Position numbers and translations under genes: made by a program. This document shows, in pieces, positions 48,655 through 58,902 of a stretch of 64,000 bases of DNA. The DNA lies in the NCBI GenBank assembly GCA_902494875.1, contig CABUUO010000002.1:32547-96546 (forward strand). Reading direction: 5' to 3'. This stretch comes from an uncultured Pseudomonadota bacterium (GTDB lineage: Bacteria; Pseudomonadota; Alphaproteobacteria; RF32; CAG-239). Position 1 is the stretch's first letter, and every line of letters starts with the position of its first letter. The notes under the pieces are model-generated. The model saw nothing but the letters and a program-made list of their open reading frames with translations. It was not told the DNA's origin and did no database searches.

Positions 48655-48730
48655 GGGGTCATAGCTCAGTTGGGAGAGCGATTGGTTCGCAATCAATAGG
48701 TCGGGAGTTCGATCCTCCCTGGCTCCACCA
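48655..48730 (+). tRNA. tRNA-Ala (anticodon CGC)
   Basis: GGGGTCATAGCTCAGTTGGGAGAGC, G3:U70, anticodon loop TTCGCAA, with CCA encoded. Confidence 0.8.
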
Positions 48731-48837
48731 ATTTTTCAAAAGCACTGTTTCTTTCGGCAGTGCTTTTTTGTCAGCCGCTCAAACTTCGCTTAACGCTCGT
48801 TTTCCCGGGGGAGGATCACTTCGGCATCTAATTGCGC
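48717..48837 (+). repeat. Direct repeat copy 1: the last 14 nt of tRNA-Ala(CGC) plus 107 bp of downstream flank, including the terminator hairpin
   Basis: It is about 97% identical to 48929-49050 (2-3 differences). The two copies are separated by a 91 bp spacer. Confidence 0.8.
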
Positions 48838-48928
48838 CGTCATTGCTTTTGCAATCCCGTCTCAATAAGATGTTACGAAGAACTGGCAGAACCCAAACAC
48901 CATACACAGGTGTTTGGGTCTTAGCGTT

Positions 48929-49050
48929 CCCTGGCTCCACCAATTTTTTAAAAGCACTGTTTCTTTCGGCAGTGCTTTTTTTGTCAGCCGCTCAAACTTC
49001 GCTTAACGCTCGTTTTCCCGGGGGAGGATCTCTTCGGCATCTAATTGCGC
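48929..49050 (+). repeat. Direct repeat copy 2: a duplicated tRNA-Ala 3' end (ccctggctccacca) plus flank
   Basis: Tandem duplicate of 48717-48837. It has the shape of an att site generated by site-specific integration into a tRNA gene. Confidence 0.8.
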
Positions 49051-49153
49051 TTATTTTATCTTCCCGGTTAATCACACCCTCGCAAATTCACTCTTTTATT
49101 TTTCGCTTTAGCTCTTAATATATTTATCAGACAATAAAATAAGGAGAAAAACG

Positions 49154-49747
49154 ATGATAAAAAAACTAGTGTTTACGCTGATGATGACCGCCGCATTGCC
49201 GGTTTGGGCAGCAGACAGCGCCGTGAAACTTCCCGCTCCCGATACGCAGGGCGGCATACCTTTAATGGAGGCGATTTCGGCCCGTAAATCAACCCGGGAA
49301 TTCAGCGCCAAAAAAATTGAAGACAAAGATTTGAGCAACATTTTATATGCCGCCTGGGGAATTTCGCATGACGGCAAAAGGACAATTCCAACCGCAAAAA
49401 ACGAACAGGATTTGAACGTCTATGTTACCAAAAATGACGGCATCTGGAGATATGACGCCGAAGAGCATGCCCTGAAATTTGTCAGCAATGTTAACATACA
49501 GCCATTCGTCGCTTTACAGGATTATGTCAAGGATGCGCCGCTGACGCTGATTTACACCGGCAAAAACGCCAAAGACGCCGGTATGAATGCCGCGGCGGCA
49601 TATCAGAATGTCGGCCTTTACTGTGCTTCCAAGGGATTGCACAATGTTGTCCGCGGCTATATCGACCGTGAAAAAATCGCTAAGGCGTTAAAGCTTGACG
49701 GCGAAGAGGTAATTATCAGCCAGACTGTCGGTTGGCCTTATATGTAG
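49154..49747 (+). CDS. Secreted nitroreductase-fold protein
   Basis: Signal peptide ...ALPVWAADS. EAISARKSTREF resembles the nitroreductase RRSxRxF motif. Confidence 0.45.
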   Translation: MIKKLVFTLMMTAALPVWAADSAVKLPAPDTQGGIPLMEAISARKSTREFSAKKIEDKDLSNILYAAWGISHDGKRTIPTAKNEQDLNVYVTKNDGIWRYDAEEHALKFVSNVNIQPFVALQDYVKDAPLTLIYTGKNAKDAGMNAAAAYQNVGLYCASKGLHNVVRGYIDREKIAKALKLDGEEVIISQTVGWPYM

Positions 49748-49753
49748 TTTCCC

Positions 49754-49797
49754 AAAAAAACAAAAGCCTGATTTTAAATCAGGCTTTTGTTTTTTTA
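49754..49797. terminator. Bidirectional terminator
   Basis: caaaagcctgattt-taa-aatcaggcttttg flanked by A- and T-runs. Confidence 0.6.
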
Positions 49798-50625
49798 ACG
49801 ATTTTGAGTTTGGGAAGCTAATTGCAAAAAAGTTTCCGACGACATGGTTTTATTAGCCTTAAGCTCTTTGTTTACCTCTTTTTCAATGCTGCAGTCATAG
49901 CTTTTGCAAAAAGATTTTGCCTGCTGATAGGTCTCAGTCATGAATTCAGAATCTATCTGTGCCGCCTTGGCGGGGTTTTTCATGACAGACAGAATATCTT
50001 TGCGGAAATCCTGCGTCTCACGTTCCGCACCGGCAGCTTTAATTTTTTGTCCCAGAGACAGTCCATTATTGCCGTTTAACTCCGACACCTCCATTTGATT
50101 CGCCACCCTTTGAAGAAGTTCCGCCACATCCATCATGGCAGTATTCATAAAACCAGATATTTTTACGCCTAATCCCTCACCCAAGAGAGCCATATCATCG
50201 CCGGGTGCAGCGGTTCCGTCTTTCAAATTTTGCTTATGTTCTTCATAGCTTTGCACAAAAGACTGACATATTTCATAATGTCCGGTTTCCATATCTTCCT
50301 TAGTATAGGAAATATCCGGACTTTTCAGGGACTGTGGAGAAATTTTATCCTGAAACGGCGTTGATTGCGGACTGTAAGCGGCCGGACTTAAAGGCGGCAT
50401 ATCTTTTTCAACATTAACAGAATCGATAACAGGAGTTACAATCGGCTTATCAACAACGGGACTGACATTCGGCGCAGTCGGCATTTCCTTTGTATCAAGC
50501 TTGGGCTGCGGTTGTTTGATACCGGCAGTTTTTCCGTCGCCGATACTTAAAGACGCGGCCAGCATAGCTGCCACCGTACACCCTCGCAGAGCAGCCAGAT
50601 TTTTTATTTCCTTCATGTCGCTCAT
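49795..50625 (-). CDS. Secreted hypothetical protein
   Basis: N-terminal signal-like segment CTVAAMLAASLSIG. No recognisable domain. Confidence 0.3.
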   Translation of the reverse strand: MSDMKEIKNLAALRGCTVAAMLAASLSIGDGKTAGIKQPQPKLDTKEMPTAPNVSPVVDKPIVTPVIDSVNVEKDMPPLSPAAYSPQSTPFQDKISPQSLKSPDISYTKEDMETGHYEICQSFVQSYEEHKQNLKDGTAAPGDDMALLGEGLGVKISGFMNTAMMDVAELLQRVANQMEVSELNGNNGLSLGQKIKAAGAERETQDFRKDILSVMKNPAKAAQIDSEFMTETYQQAKSFCKSYDCSIEKEVNKELKANKTMSSETFLQLASQTQNR

Positions 50626-50795
50626 AGATTTTCTCTCCTGTTTGTTCTTATTTTATCACAAATTTGTCTAAAAATGAACTTATTTCTCAAATAGGATATT
50701 TTTTAATTTAACTACTTATGGCTTTCGCATAAAAAAATGCCCCGCTTTCCATTTATCATAGAATCCGGGGCGAGTTTTTGGCAGATTATACTTAC

Positions 50796-51902
50796 TTATT
50801 TTACAAAAATCTGTACTTCGGCAGAATTGGCTGCACTGCTGGTTTTGGAAGAAAGGGCAATCCTTTCCGGACCGACACCCATATCAATCATATCCTGAAA
50901 GATACGAGACGCATTGTTTTTGGCCGAAGTCTGCGCCAAAACATTGCCGTTGGACGGCGAAACGGCCACGACTTCAAACATTACGCCGGGCTTTTTTTCA
51001 ATGGCGCGGCTGACGGCCTGTTTTAAGCCATCATGATATTTGACGTCGGTCTTGTTAAACTTGGCAACAAACAAAGGCGAACCGGAAGCCGCCGCTTTGC
51101 CGCCGAAACTGCCGGCGTTTTTGTAGGCAACACCAGAAGCCAACGGAACATTGTTAACACCGTAGCTGCCGGCTTTGATGGCGCCGCTCAAATCAACAAT
51201 GTAGTTGCGGGCGGTTTCGATATACTGCTGCTGACGGGCGGCATCTGAGTTAATCTCGTTCAACAGACTGCCGATTAAAATCGAGGTCTGATTGGTTTCG
51301 TTTTCCAAAATGCGGAGCTGTCTGTGATCTTCGTCAACGGCACCGGAAACACTATAGGCGGCGCGAATCGAATCCAGCAGATAACTGGTCATGGCCGAAT
51401 CAGAGGAAACTCTGGTTGCCAGCTGATTTAAGGCTATGGTATTGGCATTCATAACCTGAATATTGTTCTGCGCAGACTGGAGCATACCAAACATCTGCGG
51501 ATTTCCCGGCGTGGTGCCGACCTGAAGTTTGGCTTCAATCGTGCCAATCAGCTTATGATACTGCAAGGCATTGTTAATGACGGAAGCACGAATCTTCTGC
51601 AAATCCTCGTTATGTTTGCGAATGGCACTTTGCAGCTGAGCCAGTTCATTGCGGAAAGTAACTACTTTCTGGCCGACAAAAGTGCCGGTATTACCGCCCT
51701 GAGAAATTTCCAAAGGTTTGAAATTGGTAGAACCGAGTTCCGGAATATCTGCGCTTTTAACATCGGAAGAAGCCTGTGCGGAAATCTCTTCCGACGAATC
51801 CATACCTACCAGCGAAGGAAACAAGGCGTCTTGCGAATACGTGCATCCGCCGAACGCGAATATGGATAAAGAAGCCAAGGACAGTTTGATTATGTGTTTC
51901 AT
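50796..51902 (-). CDS. Lipoprotein with OmpA-like C-terminal peptidoglycan-binding-like region
   Basis: Lipobox FAFGGC. The C-terminus (...NASRIFQDMIDMGVGPERIALSS...) resembles an OmpA_C motif. Confidence 0.4.
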   Translation of the reverse strand: MKHIIKLSLASLSIFAFGGCTYSQDALFPSLVGMDSSEEISAQASSDVKSADIPELGSTNFKPLEISQGGNTGTFVGQKVVTFRNELAQLQSAIRKHNEDLQKIRASVINNALQYHKLIGTIEAKLQVGTTPGNPQMFGMLQSAQNNIQVMNANTIALNQLATRVSSDSAMTSYLLDSIRAAYSVSGAVDEDHRQLRILENETNQTSILIGSLLNEINSDAARQQQYIETARNYIVDLSGAIKAGSYGVNNVPLASGVAYKNAGSFGGKAAASGSPLFVAKFNKTDVKYHDGLKQAVSRAIEKKPGVMFEVVAVSPSNGNVLAQTSAKNNASRIFQDMIDMGVGPERIALSSKTSSAANSAEVQIFVK

Positions 51903-52140
51903 TTAACAAAGTACCTTTTTTTGTGAATTTGTTTATAACTTGTTTTACAACTTCATTATCGTTTGTAAAGAATTTTATGCAAAAAAACAAGCCATAAATA
52001 AAGCTTAATACATTAAATAATTATCTGTTGTTCAAAGAATAGGCAAAATAGATTAAAATTCTTTTAAATTTATTGAAAATTTTACTTGCAAAAAAAAATA
52101 ATTCGCTGTATTAAAGCTCTTGTTGTTACGAGTTGATTAT

Positions 52141-52217
52141 GCGCCCGTAGCTCAATTGGATAGAGCATCTGACTACGGATCAGAAGGTTGTAAGTTCGAA
52201 TCCTGCCGGGCGCGCCA
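52141..52217 (+). tRNA. tRNA-Arg (anticodon ACG)
   Basis: GCGCCCGTAGCTCAATTGGATAGAGC, anticodon loop CTACGGA, acceptor GCGCCCG/CGGGCGC, with CCA encoded. There is one A-C mismatch in the T-stem. Confidence 0.75.
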
Positions 52218-52223
52218 GTTTTT

Positions 52224-52256
52224 AAAGGCTTCCTTAATCTTAAGGAAGCCTTTTTC
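52224..52256 (+). terminator. Terminator after tRNA-Arg
   Basis: ggcttcctta-atc-ttaaggaagcc followed by a T-run. Confidence 0.6.
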
Positions 52257-52440
52257 ATTTAACACCCGCAGTATTCGAATCAAGGTTCGTTCTATCTCAT
52301 AAGTTCGCAAAGCTCACTAACTCGCGGCGGTCACTCCACTTGTATCGCTTGATACACTTCGTTTCTCTTGCTTTCAAGCTAACAAATTGTCACCTGCCGG
52401 GCGCACCATCAGGAGTTTTTTATGGTGGGAAATTTTCCGC

Positions 52441-52737
52441 CTAGACCTTTTCACACTGCGGATATACGCGATCCCTGATAATCAGCGTATTCTCATCACC
52501 CTTGTTCCAAAAGACTACCCCGGTGGCTTCATTTTCATATTTAGCTCCCGAGGCCGCAATCGTTTGAATCAAAAGATTATTGACGCCGTTTATTCTCAAG
52601 ACCATTGAATCGCCGTTAAAGGCCTGAACAGAAACAATCTGATCTCCGCATTTCCAGTCCACATGTTTTTCCACTTCAGGCTTATGCGCGCAACCAGCCA
52701 GCAAAACCGGGAGCATCAACAGTAAAAACTTATTCAT
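52441..52737 (-). CDS. mliC: Membrane-bound lysozyme inhibitor of C-type lysozyme
   Basis: Lipobox LPVLLAGC. AASGAKY and VFWNKGDE...IRDR closely match E. coli MliC (SASGARY, VFWSKGDEA...RDR), and the two Cys are conserved. Confidence 0.8.
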   Translation of the reverse strand: MNKFLLLMLPVLLAGCAHKPEVEKHVDWKCGDQIVSVQAFNGDSMVLRINGVNNLLIQTIAASGAKYENEATGVVFWNKGDENTLIIRDRVYPQCEKV

Positions 52738-52839
52738 ACCTTATCCTTTCCGTCCATAACTTTTACTTAGATGTATTCCTTAAACTTCAAAAATCAAGGT
52801 ATAAAAAAAACGCCGGTCATTGGAGACGGCGTTTGAATG

Positions 52840-53991
52840 TCAGGCAACGAACAAATCTTTGATTTTATCCAAAAAGCTTTTGGATTCCGGCTGGCAGGCA
52901 TCATCTTTGCTGATAGCGCGAAACTCTTCCAAAAGCTCTTTCTGGCGGGCCGAAAGATTGACCGGCGTTTCAACCCGGAGTTTGACAAACAGGTCGCCGC
53001 GGCGGGTCGAACGCAGCATGGTCATTCCCTGACCTTTTATTTTGGCAACCTGATCATTTTGGGTTCCGGGTTCAATGTCCAGTTCAATCTTTTCGCCGTC
53101 TATTGAAGGAATATTCACTTTTCCGCCCAGAGCGGCACAAGTCATCGAAATCGGTACCGAAGCGTAGAGGTTAGCGCCCTCGCGACTGTAAAGCTTGTGA
53201 TCTTTGATGTTGATAAAGACATAAAGGTCTCCGTTTTCGCCGCCGCGCAGACCGGCCGTTCCTTCGCCGGAGATACGCATTCTGGTGTCGTCTTCGATTC
53301 CGGCCGGAATTTTAACTTTCAGCGTTTTTTCCTGAGCAATGAAGCCATCTCCGCCGCAGGTTTTGCATTTGTCTTTTACCAGACGGCCGCTGCCGCCGCA
53401 TTTGGGGCATGTGGTTTCAACAATGAAAAAACCGCCCTGCTGACGACGGATTTTGCCGCTGCCGCGGCAATCGGGACAAACCGGCGCCTCTTTGCCGTCG
53501 GCGGTTCCGTGACCGTGACAGTCTTCGCAAACCCTGGTGGTCGGAATTTTAATTTCCTTTTCAACACCGGCAAAAGCTTCTTCCAGAGAAATTTCCAGAT
53601 TATAGCGCAGATCCGAACCGCGTTCGGCCGAACTGCGCGGATGGGCACCGCGACCGCCGCCCATAAACTCGGAAAAAATGTCGGAAAAGACATCGGAAAA
53701 ACCACCGGCTCCGAAATTGAACTCAAAACCGCCGAACGGATTGCCGCCGGCGCCGTTCATACCGCCGGCAAAAGCCTGATGCCCGTAACGGTCATAGGCC
53801 GCTCGCTTCTGTTCGTCTTTCAAAACCTCATAGGCTTCGTTAATTTCTTTGAATTTGGTTTCCGCTTCCTGATTGCCGGGGTTGCGGTCCGGATGATATT
53901 TCATGGCCAGACGACGGTACGATTTTTTGATTTCCTCACCGCTGGCCGTTTTGCTTACTTCCAAAAGTTCGTAATAATCTTTTTCGGTCAT
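52840..53991 (-). CDS. dnaJ: Chaperone protein DnaJ
   Basis: J-domain YYELLEVSKTASGEEIKKSYRRLAMKYHPDRN, a Gly/Phe region and four CxxCxGxG zinc-finger repeats. Confidence 0.9.
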   Translation of the reverse strand: MTEKDYYELLEVSKTASGEEIKKSYRRLAMKYHPDRNPGNQEAETKFKEINEAYEVLKDEQKRAAYDRYGHQAFAGGMNGAGGNPFGGFEFNFGAGGFSDVFSDIFSEFMGGGRGAHPRSSAERGSDLRYNLEISLEEAFAGVEKEIKIPTTRVCEDCHGHGTADGKEAPVCPDCRGSGKIRRQQGGFFIVETTCPKCGGSGRLVKDKCKTCGGDGFIAQEKTLKVKIPAGIEDDTRMRISGEGTAGLRGGENGDLYVFINIKDHKLYSREGANLYASVPISMTCAALGGKVNIPSIDGEKIELDIEPGTQNDQVAKIKGQGMTMLRSTRRGDLFVKLRVETPVNLSARQKELLEEFRAISKDDACQPESKSFLDKIKDLFVA

Positions 53992-54202
53992 TTCTCTTAC
54001 ACTGCAAAAAAAATTAATTAAAAGCTAGTTGTTATTTAAGGTTTTTAGAGAAAGAAAGCAAGCTTTTTGAATAACTAATTAAAAATTAAGCATTTAATAT
54101 TACACTTTTGTTAAAAGAGATTCTGTTGGACAAAAATATTTGCCAAAATTGCAAAATGATGGTAATATGTGTTCATATATATAAATATTTTGGAGACTTG
54201 AA

Positions 54203-57200
54203 ATGGCCAGATATACCAATGATAACGTTAGAAACGACACCGACTTTCTGAATTTTATCAAAAACGAATACGGATATGACAGCACCGAGGCCATTCCGGC
54301 ATTTGAATACAATGCGATTCTGTATAGATTCAAAGCAAAAGAAAATGACTTTGACGACGAAGATTTTGCCGCTCTGGAAGCTTATGCGGACAATGAAAAG
54401 CTTCAGGACATTGTAGACATTTACTATCCGGAAAAAACAGTCAAAGACTTGAGTATGGAAGACACTGCTTTTGTCCAGGCCATTGCCCGGGAAACGGCCA
54501 ACAACCCCGACGTCTCCCTTGATATAATCAGAGAATCGCGCCGCCAGAAAAAAATGCGGGCGATAGATGAATCAATAAACGAAAGTGCACCTCAACAATT
54601 GGATGCAATAAAAGATGGCAAAAATGTCACTCTAATCGTGGATGACTCCGAATTTTCCAAAGCACAGATTTCATACTACGGAAAAGACAATGGGGATAAG
54701 GATCTGATCAAAATTGAATTATTTGATCTGGAAAGCAAAAATATTGGTTATGCCATTATGCCATTTACAGGCGGAGAATCTTTCGGTGAAATAAATGGTC
54801 ATAAATTTGAAGTCAGATCCCCTGACGAAAAGCAGACGACCTTTAAATTAGACAATATTCAGAAAAATCTAACAAATACCTCTCTTGGCAATATGGTTGG
54901 ACTTATTGATGATGCCTTTAAGGAAGAATCCCGAGAAATACAAGAGGTTGCACATTATGTTGCCATGGCAGAACGCGCAACAAGTCTTGCCGCTTTTAAT
55001 TTTTGGCGAGATGATTTTAGAGAATTAAAACACTACTCCAAAGAAGAACTTGACGGCATTATGAAAGCCCATGAGGTTTATCTGCAGGCTCCCGACGAGG
55101 TTCAAAACCACGAAACGCTGAAAGCCATGGACGCCAATTATGAAAGTACGCACGGCGATCTGTTTGTCGAGACAGTTGAAACCGCCGAAAAAGACATTGC
55201 CGCCTATGCCGACGGAACCTTAACCATTGACGCCGACGCTTATGACAGCATGGAACAATATATTTCCACTTTCGGGCGCGGCACCAGAAAAGACGCCAAC
55301 GGCGAGTTTATCTACACGCCGACAGCATTAAAAGCGCTTGAAAGACTTAAAACCGACCGTGAAAAGGCACCGGCCCAAAGAACGGTTTCCGGCGCCGACA
55401 AAGAAGCAACGCTGGCCGGGATTGTTTCCGGCCTTCAGAGAAACGCCCAAGAACGCGAAAAGCAACAAAACCGCGGCGCGGCTGGAATTATAATTAATGA
55501 AACGGCAGAAAAAGAACTGCAAAAAGACGAACGCAAAAGCGGCATTGACAAACTGCAGCAAAATGAAGGCGAAAACGCCCGCATCCGCAGTGACCACAAC
55601 CTTTCCAACGAGCAGAAACTGGCTGCAGTCAGACTTTTGGTCATGTCCAACATGGAAGTCATTTCCGCCGAAGACTACCAAAAATATTCAACCGACATTC
55701 GCAGCGAAGATATTCAAAAAGCTCAGGAAGCCTTTGAATTTGTCGACAATGCCGAAGAAAAGGTCAAAAAGCCCGAAGAATATAAGAATCAAATGGTTGA
55801 CGTGCTGCTGAACCGGGATTTGGCCGAGCTGATGACACCGGAAATGACGACCGTCGCCTATGACAATCTGCAAAAACGAATCGCCGAGGCGGAAAAGCAG
55901 GCAAAGAAAGAAAAATCCGACGAAGCAGACCAAAACGTTGCCGCTCTCAATACTAAACTGGAAGACGTTTTATCCCGCATGGACAGCCTGCAGGGCGATT
56001 TCAAAAACAAACGCGGCTTTTATCTTTTAGACATTACAAATGCCGCCGACGCCTATGACGGCTATATGCATATGTTTGATGTTCGCCAGAAAGACCTGGA
56101 CGCCAAAAACAAGGCTTTGGAGCAGGACAAAAAAGAACTTGACGCCGAAGCAGACAAAGAGCGGATTGCCGAAATTGACAAGGAAATGGCGGCAAACGAA
56201 GCGGTTAAAAACGAATACGGACAATCTCAGCAGGATATGGACGAGATTATTGCCACCTATGATGAAAGATGGAATATTCCGAGCGGCAAGAATCCCCGCG
56301 ATACGGCGATCAGCTTTAACGACCGCATCAAAACCGGCAGCAAGATTCTCGACGAGCTCAAATTTGACGAAGAAACGCTCGGCAGCGAACTTTTGACCGA
56401 AGTCAGCAAATTCAAGTTCAATGACAAAGACGGCAAACCGATTCCGCAGTTTATCGACCCCCAAAATCCGGAAACCAAGAGCGACGTATGGCGCGAGGGC
56501 CTGGAAGTTGATCCGAACGGACAACTGGCTACGGTTTTGAAACTGGCAGGAAACGACTCCCTGATGGAAAATCTGGGTTCAAAAGAAAAAATCACCAAAG
56601 AAAAAATGGTTGAAGAACTCAAGAGCAACGTTCCGTTCAAGCTGTTTGAAATATACAACGCCGAGGAAACCATCCGCGGCGCGGTTGAAGATCCGGAAAA
56701 ATTCACAACAAAAAAAGAACAGTATCTGGCTGAATTTCAGGCCAAGCTGAATAATCCGGAAATTCCGCTCGGCATTTCTCCGGAAGGCTATAACGCGGCA
56801 ATCGACGATCAGGTCAACAAGGTTGAGGTTTATGCCAACCGCCTGGACCGCAAACTCGGCAAAGCCAACACCGAATTTACCAAAGCAGTATTGTTTGAGC
56901 AGGTGCAGAAGATTGACCGACAGGCTCCGAATCGCGGCAAGAAGAGCAAAGACATTAAGAAAGGCGCCATGAAACGCGCCTTGTGGGGCGTGGCAATGGG
57001 CGGAACCATGGCTTATGTCGGTTCGCGTCTGGTTACCAACGCTGTCGCTACCGGAGGCATTTCCGTTATCGGAAGCTCTGCCTTGGCACTGGGCACCGCC
57101 GTTACCGTCGGCGCCGCAGCGACGGCCATGCAAATATGGTCCCGTAAGAAAGCCGCCAAAAAACGCGGTGAAAAATACGGTTGGAAAGAATTCAAAAAAG

Positions 57201-58891
57201 ACAAAATGCTGCACGCTTCCATCTTAACGACAACCTTGGCTTGCGCTTCAGCCGCATTCGCCATGTCCAACGCACCGGAACTGTCAATCCCGGCCGCCGC
57301 CTGCGCTATCGGCTCGTTCGGCATGGGCGCCGGCCTGCGTTTTGCCCAGCCGTATCGAGAAATGCGCCTGAAAGGCCACGGCAAAGTTGCAGCCTTTGCT
57401 CTCGGCGCCGCCAACGCCGCTGCCGTTTTTGCCGGAGGATATCTGGGCAGACAACATGGTTTGGGCGACATTACGCCGACGCAGCATGAAGAAATCACCG
57501 GATATAAAGACGTTAAGGTCGGTGAGGTGAAAACCTACAGCGAAGACCAGATTGCCAAGGTTACCGAACGCAACAATACTGACAGTATGTGGGAATACCG
57601 CGGCGAAGGACCGCATGACATTCCGGCATACCGCAATCCGGACAATTATTCAAACGAAGCCTGGTGGACACCGGAACAGCATGACAAGGCCATTGCCGCT
57701 TTGAAAGAGCAGATGCCGAAACTGGGCTGGAAAGAAGGCGTCGGCAACGAAGAGGTTATGCTGCGCAAGCTGGCTTCTTTTGAAAGGCTGCACCGCAACA
57801 GCGATTTTGTGTTGCCGGACGGTCAAACCGTCGGCGAAAAGTTCGGCGACTACAAAGCCCTGCTGGACGGGCTGCTGGAAGGCAAACTGACGCCGGAAGG
57901 CGCCAAACAGCTTGACGTTATTCAGTATAACGTTGGCGAAAACGGCCACTCCAAAATTTTGGACAGCCTCGGCGGCGAACTGTATTCTTATCAGGACCAT
58001 CCGCACGGAATCCACAGCGAAGACGTTATGGATAAAGTGCCGGTCAAGACCATGGTTGACGACAAAGTCAACGCTCCCGGCGGCGGCGTTTTCGGATGGG
58101 TGGTATCTTCCTGGAACAAGCTGAAAGACAAAATTCGTCCGGGAACCAAAGCCGACAAGGTAGAGAAAAAGGAAAAGCCGAAACCCGAGCCCGAAAAGCC
58201 GATTATCCCGGTGATTGTTCCCGAGAAGCCGAAGCCGGAACCGGAAAAACCGGTTGTGGTACCGGTACAGCAGGAAGAGAAACCAAATAATCTGATGCTT
58301 GACGAATATAAAATCGTTTACGGCATAGAACCGGAAACGACCCCCGGCAAAGACAAGGCCTGGAAAGAATATTGCCAGCGCGTGGAAGAAGAACGCAAAG
58401 CTGCCGCTCCTGACAAGGATATGAACACGTTTCTGCTTGACCGCCGTCAGAAGCTTGACGAAACCATTATGAACAATGTTGTCAGCGAAAACGACGTCAC
58501 GGAAGCAGGCAAACCTATTCGCAGCGATTATATGGTCAAAAAAGCCAAAGATGACCGCGGCAAGGCCGGCGTTGTCATGGAAGCACGTCAGAATCTGATG
58601 CAGAGCAACCTGACCAAAGACAATTTTCTGCACAAGATTACGCTAAGCCACTTTACCAAGTTTATGGAGCACTTTGTCAAGCACGACGAAGTCGTAGCTG
58701 ACGGTTCGCGCAACATTGCCCTTAATCCGAAGCTTAAAGACAAGTATAAAAAAGAGGGCAGCAAAGTTGCCATTGTCGACCTGAACCAATATCTGGTCGA
58801 AGATAAACCTTTGGACACGGCCAAACAAAAAGTCAGCGGCAAAGATGCCCGTCAGGCCATGACAGACCTGAAAAAGACTTATGAGCGTTAA
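54203..58891 (+). CDS. Giant hypothetical protein (1562 aa): acidic/coiled-coil regions, a central Gly/Ala-rich hydrophobic block and Pro/Lys/Glu repeats; candidate secreted effector or surface protein
   Basis: Uninterrupted ORF with a GGAGA ribosome-binding site and no signal peptide. It has KPKPEPEKP(I/V) repeats near residue 1320. Residues about 910-1090 contain 4-5 hydrophobic Gly/Ala-rich segments. Confidence 0.55.
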   Translation: MARYTNDNVRNDTDFLNFIKNEYGYDSTEAIPAFEYNAILYRFKAKENDFDDEDFAALEAYADNEKLQDIVDIYYPEKTVKDLSMEDTAFVQAIARETANNPDVSLDIIRESRRQKKMRAIDESINESAPQQLDAIKDGKNVTLIVDDSEFSKAQISYYGKDNGDKDLIKIELFDLESKNIGYAIMPFTGGESFGEINGHKFEVRSPDEKQTTFKLDNIQKNLTNTSLGNMVGLIDDAFKEESREIQEVAHYVAMAERATSLAAFNFWRDDFRELKHYSKEELDGIMKAHEVYLQAPDEVQNHETLKAMDANYESTHGDLFVETVETAEKDIAAYADGTLTIDADAYDSMEQYISTFGRGTRKDANGEFIYTPTALKALERLKTDREKAPAQRTVSGADKEATLAGIVSGLQRNAQEREKQQNRGAAGIIINETAEKELQKDERKSGIDKLQQNEGENARIRSDHNLSNEQKLAAVRLLVMSNMEVISAEDYQKYSTDIRSEDIQKAQEAFEFVDNAEEKVKKPEEYKNQMVDVLLNRDLAELMTPEMTTVAYDNLQKRIAEAEKQAKKEKSDEADQNVAALNTKLEDVLSRMDSLQGDFKNKRGFYLLDITNAADAYDGYMHMFDVRQKDLDAKNKALEQDKKELDAEADKERIAEIDKEMAANEAVKNEYGQSQQDMDEIIATYDERWNIPSGKNPRDTAISFNDRIKTGSKILDELKFDEETLGSELLTEVSKFKFNDKDGKPIPQFIDPQNPETKSDVWREGLEVDPNGQLATVLKLAGNDSLMENLGSKEKITKEKMVEELKSNVPFKLFEIYNAEETIRGAVEDPEKFTTKKEQYLAEFQAKLNNPEIPLGISPEGYNAAIDDQVNKVEVYANRLDRKLGKANTEFTKAVLFEQVQKIDRQAPNRGKKSKDIKKGAMKRALWGVAMGGTMAYVGSRLVTNAVATGGISVIGSSALALGTAVTVGAAATAMQIWSRKKAAKKRGEKYGWKEFKKDKMLHASILTTTLACASAAFAMSNAPELSIPAAACAIGSFGMGAGLRFAQPYREMRLKGHGKVAAFALGAANAAAVFAGGYLGRQHGLGDITPTQHEEITGYKDVKVGEVKTYSEDQIAKVTERNNTDSMWEYRGEGPHDIPAYRNPDNYSNEAWWTPEQHDKAIAALKEQMPKLGWKEGVGNEEVMLRKLASFERLHRNSDFVLPDGQTVGEKFGDYKALLDGLLEGKLTPEGAKQLDVIQYNVGENGHSKILDSLGGELYSYQDHPHGIHSEDVMDKVPVKTMVDDKVNAPGGGVFGWVVSSWNKLKDKIRPGTKADKVEKKEKPKPEPEKPIIPVIVPEKPKPEPEKPVVVPVQQEEKPNNLMLDEYKIVYGIEPETTPGKDKAWKEYCQRVEEERKAAAPDKDMNTFLLDRRQKLDETIMNNVVSENDVTEAGKPIRSDYMVKKAKDDRGKAGVVMEARQNLMQSNLTKDNFLHKITLSHFTKFMEHFVKHDEVVADGSRNIALNPKLKDKYKKEGSKVAIVDLNQYLVEDKPLDTAKQKVSGKDARQAMTDLKKTYER

Positions 58892-58902
58892 GGATCGCGT
58901 CA

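Noticed and set aside
52141-52217. tRNA-Arg(ACG) as a pseudogene because of an A-C mismatch in the T-stem
   Set aside because: A single mismatch with otherwise perfect acceptor, D and anticodon arms and an encoded CCA is within the normal variation of functional tRNAs.
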